Shown here: positions 27,101 through 37,499 of the stretch, piece after piece
Position numbering within the stretch: position 1 is the stretch's first letter
Layout: every line of letters starts with the position of its first letter
NCBI GenBank assembly: GCA_013265495.1
Contig: MU057887.1
Span: 1,251,985 to 1,313,984, forward strand
DNA from: Vicugna vicugna
Lineage: Eukaryota
Length of the DNA stretch: 62,000 bases
Reading direction: 5' to 3'
Notes under the pieces: model-generated
Seen by the model: the letters and a program-made list of their open reading frames with translations, nothing else
Database searches by the model: none
Told to the model about the DNA's origin: nothing
Made by a program: the position numbers and the translations under genes

Positions 27101-30100
27101 AGAACTTGGGTTGTTCCTCTATCTTTACAAACTGAGGGGAAAACACGTCCTTTCAGTGCTCCTGTGGGCCTTAGGAGGCCACATGAAGCCCCAGCCCTGA
27201 CTCTGTGCGCGGCGTGTGTTCAGTGAAGAGAAGTTCTGGCACGTTAGGTGTTGGGAGGTTGGCTTTGATGTCGGTTCAGAGCGTTGGCACCGTTTTCACT
27301 AGTTTCTGATCCCGTCTCTGCTAAGGGTCGAGACAGACCGCGTGGGGCTTCTGGGGGGTGTGCGTTTCTCTGCTGTCCACAGTGGGATCACGGGGGTCGG
27401 GAGCTGCGGCGTGTGGGCGGGCGTGTGAAGCCCTTGCCCGCAGGGGCCCGGAGCTGTGGAAGTGCTCATTCTCTTAGGTCTTCTCCAGGAATCTTTCACC
27501 AGATTGACTTCTGTACTGGGCGTGTTGGCAGCTGAGTGTTTTTGCCCTACTTTATCCGCAGTTCTGACTTGAATAGCACTCGTAGTTGGTATGACCCAAC
27601 CTGCTTGTAATTTACAGGAACCGACCGGTAAGGGTTGTGTCATCTCTCCCTGTCCCTCCCCGCCCACTGACAGGACAGGTGGGGTGAGACTAGATGATCC
27701 GTTTTCATCTGCTCAGCGAGGGTAGACCTCTGTGTCGGCATCAGTGAAGACAGGAGAGCTTGAACTCACGGGTACTGACGTGAGTCTCGGTGCTGGCGCC
27801 TAGAATTAGCGCCTTGGAGCACACTCAGCTGGGCCGTGAGCGGCCCGGCTCGTCCTGGGTTAGAGGACGTTGCCTGGCAGACCTACAGAATATTGCTCAT
27901 GTGTTTTCCTTACATGGAAATCACCATGATAGAAATTGATGGAAATAAATCATTTTCTTCTACATTTTAAGGTAGAGATGTTAAAGACAGCATATTTTGT
28001 GTGTGCCATTGAGTAACGTCATAATCTGGAAATAACATCAACTTGGGTGATAATCAGATTTCGTGTGTCTCCTCTTCCAGCTAAAGCGAGTGACCTTCCA
28101 AGCATTCCTGCAGACAGCTCCCGAGCAAACACCAGCCAGTCGGGCAGAACAGGACTCGCGGCGCCGCGGTTGTCACTGCAGGCGGGCCCCGGGGGCGGGC
28201 CCTGCGGCCAAAGCCAGAGGCCCGCTGAGCTGCCCCGGGAGCCCACCAGGGCGGCTCTCACCCAACCCCAGACTCCAGAACGGGGAGGCCCCGGGCTGAG
28301 CTCCTGTATCAGTTGGTCACACTCCTCCCAAATGAACAAAACTGGGAGTGCAAGGAGGCGCGACTCCTGTCTGAACTCCAAGACAAAGGTCATGCCTACT
28401 CCTACGCACCGATTTAAAGTTCCTAAGTTTTCTACTGGTAAGAGATAAATTATAATGCGTTTTTAAAATACTGAACAAATTATATTTAAAGTTAAAAAAA
28501 TTACTAGTTTTGGTGATGGTCGTTTCTTCACTTTTATTTTTCTTAAAGCACTTTAAATCTGTCTTCAGCTTGCACTGCTTTGGATGAGAAGTCAGTGAAT
28601 TTCTTACCTTAAGTTTCCCTCTCCGTAACGTGTCGTTTTTCTCTTGTTATTTTCAGCATTTTGATTACTATGTATTTTGATGTGGCTTTTTTTGTGTTTA
28701 TCCTACTTGGGGTTCTGGAGTTATTCTGATCTGTGAGTTTATCAGATCTGGAAAATATGTGGCCATTATTTCTTCAAATGTTTTTCCTTGCTTCCCCACA
28801 CTTCCTGGGACTCTAGGTGCCTGTGTTACAGACCGTCTGATGCTGTCTTTTAGGGCACGACGAGCTGCTCTCTTCCAGCCCCTCCTGGCACGTCTGCAGG
28901 TTCATGTGTCTTTTCTTCGGCAATGCGTCCAATCTGCTGCTACGTCTGCCCAGTTAATTTTTCATTGCTGGCATCTCCCCGTTTGTGTCCTCATGGTGTT
29001 TGTGTTTTCCTCTTAATTCCTGAACGTATTATAATGGTCCTTGTAAGTCTGCTTCTTCTGATCCCACCGTCCCTGTCATTTGGGTTCCATTTCTCTTGCC
29101 TCGTTTGTCCTGGTGATGGTGGCATTTTCCTGCTTCCTCGTGTCTAATGGCTTTTTATTGTCTGCTGGACGTCATCAGTTGTACATTTTTGAAAGTCTGG
29201 ATTTTATTGTCTGTCTTTAAGGAGTTGAATTCTGCTTTGGCAGGAATTTAAATTTCACGTCACCTCGGTCCTTTCAAGGCTTCTTTAAGCTTTGGCGGGG
29301 CAGCTCTCGGGCCTGTGCTCTTGGGGTAGTTCCATCCTGGACGTGCTGTGCGTCCCTGAGGTCTCTGCTCCGGCCGGTTGGACGTGTTCCCAGTGCTGGT
29401 TCTTGCCCCTTTCTGAGCCCTGCCCTGCATTCGTGCTGCTTCTCACTACACAGCAAGGACTCGGGGTCCTGCTCGGATTTCTAGAGCACTCTCTCTCTCT
29501 GTAGTTCCCTCCTCTTAACACTCTGCCCCTCAGATTCCAGCCTGTGCAGCCTCCCAAACCCTGATCGTTGTCTCCTCAAATCAGTGAGACTGCCAGGCTC
29601 CCCTTGGGCTCTCCCCACCTGCGCTGGCGTGCCGACAGGGCTGCCAGGTAGGAGGTGGCGTGTTTGGTCGAGGTAAATTAGTCAGTGTGTATAATGCAGA
29701 GAGTTGTACGGAGCTGATTTGAGGGGGAGGATAGTTCTGGCCTCCTTTCAAGCTTGTTTCTTAGCGGCTTGAGTATCTTAAAGTTATCAGCATCGCTGGC
29801 TAGTGCAGGCGGCCTTCAACACCTGCAAACCTCGTTTGGAGTTGCTGCTCATATACGAATGAGCCATTCCATTGCGTGTCTCCCAGTGCTAGGCACTCTT
29901 AGGTTCAGGGGATGTAATGGTAAGGCAAATCCTATTCTTGGGATTTCCATTTTAATAGTGAAACATGAGAAATGCTGTCAAGTAAGTGTACTTCCAGATC
30001 GTAAGTACGAGGAAGTGACTAACAGAAGATGAGGAAGAAGTTACAGAGTGGGGTTCTTTCAGCCAAGATGGTCAGGGTAGACTCCCCTCAGGAGGTGACA

Positions 30101-33100
30101 CGGCTGAGATGTGAGCCACGAGGAGGCGGGAGGCATTAGAAAAGGCAGAGGGACGAACCCTTGGTTGATTGTAGGGTGTGATACAGGTATTTTAATAATC
30201 TGAAATTCCATAAAAATCGTTACTCTCCCATGCACCTTGTGGGGGCTCCCAAGGAGTGCGCCACCGAGATGAGGGAGGACACCGGGAAGAGGAAGACACG
30301 GGCAGCCGTGCAAGGGGGAACCCTGCCCAGGATGGGGTGAGAATGCAGGGCCCGGCCTGGCCTCGGAGAGAGATCTTCGGGAAGCACAGGGCCTCGGTGC
30401 CCGAGAGGGGGCCACCTGGAAATACTCCCAGGGACAGAGCTTCTGGGCCACTCAGTCGCAGGCGCCCAAATAAGAAACAAACAAAAGACGGAGGCAGTTA
30501 CGACCTCGGGTAGGGGCAGGGGTGGGAGCCCCGGGAAGGAGGTGCGTCATGTGTCCATAGACGCAGCTGTCAGAACGCCGCGAGCCGCAGCGGCCGGCTG
30601 CACAGGTCTGCGTGGGCCCCGGAGGGGGCCGGCTCTCGTCGGGACCTGGGCAGGTTTTGAAGAACGAGAAGTGGCAGCACATGTGACTTAGAGATTCAAA
30701 GGTGGCCCCACAGGAAGCAAGCAGGTTGGAAGTAGGGTGGGTGTGCTGCTTTGTCTCCAGATTTTCACCCTGCATTTTTTATGTTTTGGGCTTTTTTTGG
30801 TGCATGAATTGCTTTGATAAGATCAACTTTTGAACAGAACAGGAGATGGGAGGTGAGGACAAGCACATATGGGCAGCTCTTTGGAGAAGATCTTTCTTTG
30901 ACGAGCAGAGAGACGCGGAGCGGGGGCAGGGAGGGAGGGGACCCGTGGGAGCCCCTGCACCGCCTGCCTCCCTGGGGCTGGGGACTGCCTCACTGCCCAG
31001 GGCTTCCAGGACATAGCGGATGCTGCCTGGGGGCTTAGCCCTGGGGGGAGTCTGTGACTTCCCATGTGCACTGCAGCCTGAGCCTGTGCCGGGCCTCGCT
31101 CAGTCCTCCCAGCCTGCTTGTGGTCACCTGTGATCAGCCAGGATCACACGCGCGCAAGTGGTTAGTCGCCAGACGACGTGAACAGTCTGCCACCTTAGGG
31201 CCACCTAGCGCTGTCCGGTTCCCGAGAGTGAAGGTGGTGGTGGGCTCTGCAGGGCTCGCCTGGCATGCAGCCGCATTAGCCTCGCTGCTGGGGGCGGGGG
31301 TCTCCCGGGGGACTTGTCCCGGTTGCACACTGAGCGCTGCCTTCTCTTTGGGACTCTGAAGGCTCTCGGTTCCCGTCTAGGTGAGTAGTGGCTGCAGGCA
31401 GAGGTGAGATGAGGGCTCGTTCTCTTCTGCACCCACTGGTTGGACCCTAAGGCCCTGCGGGGGGCGGGTCCCCCTGGAGGGAGGCCATGTCCCCTCTCAC
31501 TCCTGGGCGGCAGGTTTGCTCTCTGGGCTTGTCTGACCTCCAGCTCCTTCCTGTGCCGCCCTCACTGCAACTCGGGAGAACGGAGGCATGTAGAGAAGAG
31601 CTCCCCGGTTGGTGAAGAGGGACTTATCCCTGGGTCCTCTCGTCTCAGGTGAACCCCCGGACAGCGCAACGCCGAAGTCCTGCCGGGCGCAGAGGCCACA
31701 GTCCTGCACGTCGGTGGGGAGGTAACTCGCCATCTGCTTCCTTCCTCGTGTTACTGTAAGAACAAACTCAGGCACCTGCTGACTTCTGGAAGTGCCTTCT
31801 CCAGTGTAGAGACCCACAGCCTGGCCCTGCACATCTGGCCTTAGCCCTGGGCTCCTGAGCCACTGCGCCATCCCCTGCAGATTACGGTGGCCAGACTTGC
31901 CTCTAGGGGTGGAAGCGCCGATTTTCACCCCTGAACCCGCAGTTCTCCAGCCAGACTGCCCGACAGAGATGCTGTCAGGGCTGTTGCAATTCCAGCTCAC
32001 CCTCAGAGGCTCTGATTCAGCTGGTCTGGCATGGAGCCCAGCACCTGCAGGGTCTCACAGTGACCCTAGCGTGTGCCGGGGTTGAGGACCACCTGCATGA
32101 GTCCCGGGTCTGCCACTTCCTGGTCTGGATCTAGTGCAGATGACTCAGTGTCCCCTCCTTGTGTCCCCGTGCCCCGCGGGGACGACACGCACACATGCAT
32201 GTGCACACACCTGGGACCACTCATGCAAACGCTGCCCCACTTCTGGCTGCCCTCCTGCCACCTGCGCTGCCACCTGCTGAGGTGGGCGGGCTACGCCATC
32301 CACACATCTGGCCCTCTGATGATCGGCTCTCCGGGAACTGTCACATTGGCAGGACCCCAGCCCAGTGCCGCTCAGTCCTGTGCACATCAGCTCGGGGTAG
32401 GGCAGGAGTTAGGGCACTCAGACCCCCTGGAGCGGGATCCTGGTGCCAGCATATGCCAGGGTGGGAGTGCTGGATGGGGCGGGCAGGACAAGCACTGGGC
32501 TCGGACAGCAGAGCAGGACCCTGATCTCGGGTCTGCCCCGACCAGTCGGGCCGGCCGCCAGTCTTCCACAACTTTGGGCTTTACTTGGATGTGAACTTGG
32601 GATGCACTTTGTGGGGTTGGACCAGGTGCTCTCCCTTGGAGCATTAGCCGGGCTGAGATTCCTTCCTTCCACACAGTGGGTAAGAGCAGGACCCAGAGCC
32701 ACCAGGCACTGGCCCCGTCACGTCTCCTCTCCGCTCAGTTTTCTCACCTGTACAATGGGAAGATAGCTCCTACCTCCAGGGTTACCTTGAAGATTACATT
32801 TGTTTGTGTTTTTAAGTTTATTTTCACTGGAGTTTGTGGCGGAGTGGCCAGTGCTCAGCAGTAAAGCACGTGGGACAGATTCCAGAACTTCGCAGAGACA
32901 GGCATCTTGCTCCCAGCACCTGTCTCCCACCCACTCTGCTTTCAGTAAATGTTAATTAAAGTTTGTCTGTAGACTGATTTTGAACATGCAGACTGTCCTC
33001 GACGGGTGACAGAACCAACAGGTGTGTCATCCCCGGCCTCCCGCGGGCACCGCGTTGGTGGGAGGGCCCTGACTTGTTGAGGATGACAGTCTGTTCAGCC

Positions 33101-36100
33101 TCTCTTCTCTGTCAGCAACAGGACACATCAACAGTGGGGCGGGACTGGTTGGCAGCCTGAGCCACAGGTACTGCCAGGGTGAGAAGGAGAGATGCGTGAG
33201 AAACAGGCACCAGGTGTGCTGGGTCACACCCGTGTTCACACCTGGTTCAGGGGCCTTAGACCCAGGGAACTGCCTGTCCACTCACATGCCCAGCCGGGCT
33301 CTGCCCTGGCCTGGACTTCCTGGTGGGAATGTTTATGCCAGCAGAAGGTGACCTTTCCATCTCCTGTGCAGAGGCTCCTGTGAAGACCGTTTCCGTGGCA
33401 GCACCTATAACGTGCAGTCACACTGGATCGGAACCTCAGATGGGCCCACAGAGGAACTGAAGCCCCTGCTCGGCCTCGCGGGGCTGGCGGCAGCGCTGAG
33501 TCCCTGCCCTCGCCGCCGCCCCTCCTCAGAGGACAGCTGACAGGCTTCGCCAGCTTGAATCTTTGATGTTGAAACCACAGGCCTTTGCACTGCACTAGCA
33601 CGTGGCTGAATCATTAGATTTTCTTGATTTGTTTCAAGTCATCTCTGCTTAAAACTCTCATTTTGTCTTTCCAGGATTGTTCATAGCACTCCTGTTAGAC
33701 GGTCCTTGGGCCCAGCCTCGCAGAGCCTGGTAAGCAGCGTGTGGACCCCTGTGAGTACAAGACGCGTGTCAGCCCTGCCCACGCCTGCCGGCCGCCGACT
33801 CTCCAGCCTTCCCGTGCTGACCCCTAAGACCCTGCCCAGGGCCCTGGCTTCTCCCCTGCGTGTGTCTGCTCAGCGACTATCTTCTGAGCCCCAGAAAAAA
33901 TCTGCAGTGAGGTAGGAGTTAAAGATTGCACCGTTTATCTCAAATTCATAAAACCGCAGGCAGTCGTGTACTGGGAAGTCACTGTCGGGAACTAGCTGGA
34001 CTGAGGTCCGTGCCCCTTCTCAGCCCCCGCAGCGGAGCCTGGCTGCACGCCCTCCTGTGGGTAGTTCTCTGAGAGGGAGGGCCCTGCTTCTTTGTCGTGT
34101 TTCTCTCCTGACATCGTATCCTGGGTGCAGGCTGGAGGCCTGGGCCTCATCGCACCTTGGGGTAGACGAGGGCCTCCCAGCCGGGACAAGCCCTCCAGGC
34201 AGAGCCGCGCCACCCAGTGCGCTGGTGCCAGGAGCTCTGGGACCTTGCGTGGTCCTCACGATGGGGCCCTGGGGAGGGACCCGCACCCTCGGCCTCGAGG
34301 CTCTCAGTCAGCAGTGACCACACTCAGGCTTCCCGAGAAACAGACCCCCCCACCGCCTGTCCCGCTCACTGGCCCGTGTCCAGCTGCACTGCCCCGCGCT
34401 GCCCTGCGCCGCATCTGGACAGGCCTGCGCTTGCATCCTCTCCACCTGGAACGCGCCACCCCTGGTCCTGGCAGAGCTGTCTCCTCCCCATAATTGGAGT
34501 CCATGTTCAGGGGCCTTTCTGGAGACCCCGTTCCCGACTTGGTCGCGCTGCTCCTTTTCCCCACGTTGCTTTCTCACATTTCCCACCTCCTGGCTGCCCA
34601 CACAGAGTGTGTGTTTGTCCACTTGACAGTCGTCCGAGATGCCGCTGGTGGGGAAGCTCCCCTGAGCCTCCCCTGTCCGGCTTGTCACCAGGCCTGAGGA
34701 CAAGCTCCCGGCATGCGGCAGGCGCTCAGGAGTATCTGTGGGAGGAACCACCCAGGTAGAGTGTATAGTTGGTCACTGGCTTCCTTGACTAGAAGCTTCA
34801 TCTGTGAAGGAGCCTTAACGGGCCAGGTATAAGCATCGGGCCTCTGATCCTCCGTCACCCTGGCAGAGCTTGGGGGAAGGCTGGGGTGCCGGTGTGTGGA
34901 CCCACCCACGGCGGTGTCGAGCACGTATGTGTCTGGGTCTTTCTGTGAGAGCAGAGGAGACAGAGTGCCAGGCTGTGTGTTAGGTCAGGGAGAGGAACCA
35001 GCCAGACACAAGGCCACCCCGAAAACTCGAACAAGGCCCAGCATGGACGGTCAGTGCTGTTGACATGTGTTGTGCGTTTGCAGGTGTCAGGATAGAAAAG
35101 AAATCCTACTGTCTTTCAGGTTGTTATGAAGCCTTTACAGTATTGAAAAGAAGATATGCTGTATTAATTTATGGAAATTGTTGCTTTCTTCAGTTTTCTT
35201 GTGTAATTCAGTTCCGAGTCATCAGGTTTCTGAGGCCTGCCAGGCAGCAGACTATCCTGGGTCTGGAGACGCAGCAGGCAGACGGGGGCCAGGCTGGGTG
35301 CACACTGCACTGATGGGAAACACAGACACCAAAGAGCGTCTGCACAGTGACAGGTGTACAGGGGCAGCCCCCCTGCGGAGTGTGTGACCTGGGCATTCAG
35401 ACCTGCCCCGCCATCCACACTCCAGGCAGGAGGAACCAGGCCGGCAGGAGCACCGTGGCCACAGCACGTGGACAGAGGCGGCTCCTGCACCTGGTCCTTG
35501 CCCCTCTCCTTCTCGAACACCTTCAGGCGCCTATGCAGACACCAGACTCAGAGACCACGCATCCGCCTGCTGGAGCCGGAACCAGCGCCGGGAGCTCTCC
35601 ACTGGACGACGCTTCTCTGAAAAGAACCTTCTCGAGTCATCACCACACGAGCTAGCACCTCCCGGCCGTGTCCTGATAGGATTTCTCCTTCCCTCCCACA
35701 GAACCGCACCAGCAACAGAGAGCGCCCGCAGGGCTGCTCCCAGGGGCTCGGACTCGTCGCCGGATGGGAGCCTTTCTCCCCCGTCCGCCGTGCCGCAGGC
35801 GCTTAACTTTTCTCCAGAAAAGAGTGATCTTACTTTTTCAAAAAGTATCGGCACAGAAGCAGCCCCGGCTGAGGCGCAGCCACCTGAGGACCCACCCCCC
35901 AGTGAGGTGAAGGGATACGTGGGGTTGACTCGTGCAGTCCTGGGTGTCCCCCCAGCCCCGTGCTAAAGGGAGGGGTCACGACCTCCCGCCTCCAGGAGGG
36001 ACAAAAACCGCAGCTCCCGTATTTGACCACGGAGAGGCCAGGGTTCAAAGGAGGGGAGGTGGGGAGCGGGGCAGCAGTGAGGGTGTGAGCGGGGCTCCGG

Positions 36101-37123
36101 TGCTGGCCGCTGGCAGGCGGGAGGTGGACAGGGCTGGAGGGCAGCTGGAGAGGAGAGGGCTGTCGGTGCTCACGCTCTGCACCTCTCCTCACCTGGCCAC
36201 TCCTGGCCCGCCTTCCTTGGGTTTCCAAACTGTTAGCCACATGGGACATAAGCGAGGCCTGCCCGTTTCCTTAAGACGGTTGACAGAAAGGAGCCAGAAT
36301 CCCTTTTCAGTCTTGTCTCCCAAGTAGGCGGTTCTTGTGGACATCGGGCTGGACGGACTCGGCATCGCCCCCGAAGCTGCAGGCACACCCCGGGGCGACC
36401 GCCCTCTCACCCGCTTCTGCGACGCTCCGGAGGCCAGCGTGGCCGTGCGTCCTGAAGGCAGACCCCTGGTCGACCTCCTGCTGAACACCCCCGACGCCAG
36501 CAGGAAGGCTGCGGCCAAGCCCCCCCACGAGGTGGCACAGGTGCGGAGTGGCAGGGCCCCTGCTGGCTTTGGCCTTGGGGGGTCTCAGTTGGGACCTCGT
36601 CCACCAGACACATCATGGTGACCCTGGAGAGTGGCCACTGGGGCTTCTAAGGGTGACACGCCTCGCCTCATCGCTGGGGGCGTGACCTCAAGTTGGCCAA
36701 GCCCCTCCAAGGAATCCCGCCTGGAGCCCTTCCAGGCCGGGGTCGCGGGGTTTCCGCTCCGGGATCCCCCAGAGCTTCACGTGTGACGAGGGAGCATGAC
36801 TGCTCAAGGAACTCGGAGGTCTGCAGTGTGTGGCACTTTCTCCCTCCAGCTTCTTAAACATGATGGTCAAGATGTTTTGCACTGGGCCTGAGCCCAGTTC
36901 ACCCATTAGCTTATGGCGTGAGCTGTGGTGGAGGTGGCCGCAGGCAGCCCTGTCCTCAGTGAAGCCAGTCCTTTGGGGTCTGCGGGAGGGGAGGGGCAGC
37001 GCGGGCGCGCTGGTCACCTCTGTCGCTTCGCCCTTGCAGCTGATAGACCTGGCTTCTCCTCTGATCCTGCTGAGTCCGGAGGCTGACAAAGAAAACGTGG
37101 ACTCACCACTTCTCAAGTTCTGA
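18138..37123 (+). CDS. GTSE1: G2 and S phase-expressed protein 1, 723 aa; join(18138-18159,24143-24200,24288-24912,25419-25589,26360-26486,28081-28437,31649-31721,33675-33911,35702-35906,36328-36540,37040-37123)
   Basis: 11 GT-AG coding exons total 2172 nt in frame. N-terminal LLADEKFDFDLSLSSSSANEDDEVFFGPVGHKERC, SPKSLKRETY, RRRDS, SxIP-like SALP/SSLP, C-terminal LIDLASPLILLSPEADKENVDSPLLKF*. Confidence 0.95.
19020..20090 (+). mobile_element. L2 LINE fragments
   Basis: ctaagctctggatttgtgtattcacctgcctaactggcatttcaggtggatgtc and cattcaatcatcaattactgttctttccaccttcag resemble the L2 3' region; boundaries approximate. Confidence 0.55.
21790..22186 (+). mobile_element. MLT1-type LTR
   Basis: ttccctgcccacttgaagttgg...aagccacttgagatgtgg...ttgttacttcagcatgag...ctatcctaactgata. 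Confidence 0.7.
22304..22412 (-). mobile_element. Vic-1-type SINE with target-site duplication
   Basis: tggaggtacaggggattgaacccaggacctcatgcatgctaagctaagcaagtgctctaccactgagctat; flanked by ttttatgtagcattttt at 22287-22303 and 22415-22431. Confidence 0.88.
24143..24200 (+). CDS. GTSE1: GTSE1 coding exon, 58 bp
   Basis: ccctcag|ATGTT...TCAAG|gtaaac; VLLLADEKFDFDLSLSSS. Confidence 0.93.
24288..24912 (+). CDS. GTSE1: GTSE1 coding exon, 625 bp
   Basis: aaaacag|TGCAAAT...GAGAAG|gtacca; ANEDDEVFFGP...EAHLLALQI...LKRETY. Confidence 0.92.
25419..25589 (+). CDS. GTSE1: GTSE1 coding exon, 171 bp
   Basis: tttttcag|CCCGTG...AACAAG|gtgggt; PVKEKPASPSR...GKRSLPVPNK. Confidence 0.9.
26360..26486 (+). CDS. 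GTSE1: GTSE1 coding exon, 127 bp
   Basis: gttttag|CTGGGG...GGCAAAG|gtaagg; LGRKKTVLKLPG...SPAAGK. Confidence 0.9.
28081..28437 (+). CDS. GTSE1: GTSE1 coding exon, 357 bp
   Basis: cttccag|CTAAAG...TCTACTG|gtaaga; ...QPQTPE...RRRDSCLNSKTKVMPTP...FKVPKFST. Confidence 0.92.
28540..29640 (-). mobile_element. Ancient L1 fragment (ORF1/5' region)
   Basis: tttatcctacttggggtt...ggccattatttcttcaaatgtttt...ctgggactc is typical of antisense L1M. Confidence 0.6.
31649..31721 (+). CDS. GTSE1: GTSE1 coding exon, 73 bp
   Basis: gtctcag|GTGAAC...GGGGAG|gtaact; EPPDSATPKSCRAQRPQSCTSVG. Confidence 0.9.
31915..32092. mobile_element. MER5A-like hAT-Charlie DNA element
   Basis: cagttctcca...ctcagaggctctgattcagctggtctgg...ggttgaggaccac. 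Confidence 0.55.
33675..33911 (+). CDS. GTSE1: GTSE1 coding exon, 237 bp (EB1-binding SxIP-type motifs)
   Basis: tttccag|GATTGT...GTGAG|gtagga; HSTPVRR...RVSALPTPAGRRLSSLP. Confidence 0.92.
35702..35906 (+). CDS. GTSE1: GTSE1 coding exon, 205 bp
   Basis: cccacag|AACCGC...AGTGAG|gtgaag; SPPSAVPQALNFSPEKSD. Confidence 0.9.
36328..36540 (+). CDS. GTSE1: GTSE1 coding exon, 213 bp
   Basis: caagtag|GCGGTT...GCACAG|gtgcgg; AVLVDI...RPLVDLLLNTPD. Confidence 0.9.
37040..37123 (+). CDS. GTSE1: GTSE1 last coding exon (KEN motif), stop TGA
   Basis: cttgcag|CTGATAGAC; LIDLASPLILLSPEADKENVDSPLLKF*. Confidence 0.95.
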   Translation: MIDLASPLILLSPEADKENVDSPLLKF

Positions 37124-37478
37124 GTAGAACGAAATCCTTTACAGTTACAAGAACAGTCAGTCCTAAAGTGGTTTTCAACCCTTAGAAATTAATTTTCAGA
37201 GAAATTGTATTGGAAAAGTTGAAAAACAAAACAAAAGTCTCTGCACAGTTACTATGCCTGGATCGGGGGCTGTGGGACTGGGGGGGTGTTGGCCACCTGA
37301 GGTCACTGCTGGCCAACAGCCTCCCTCCTCACGGACCCACACGTGCTGGTGTGCCCGCTGAAGTTACTCCAGGTGAAGAACTTGTTGTGAATCTTCTGTG
37401 TGTAAAATAGCAAGTGACTATTTTAAAAATTAAGTTTGCATGAAAAGGTGAATAGCCTGGACTTAAGTTAAGTTGTAA

Positions 37479-37499
37479 AATAAATGGAAATGCATTAAA
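37479..37499 (+). terminator. GTSE1: Probable GTSE1 polyadenylation signals (AATAAA 37479-37484, ATTAAA 37494-37499)
   Basis: In an AT-rich 3'UTR ~360 nt after the stop, with U-rich sequence downstream. Confidence 0.65.
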
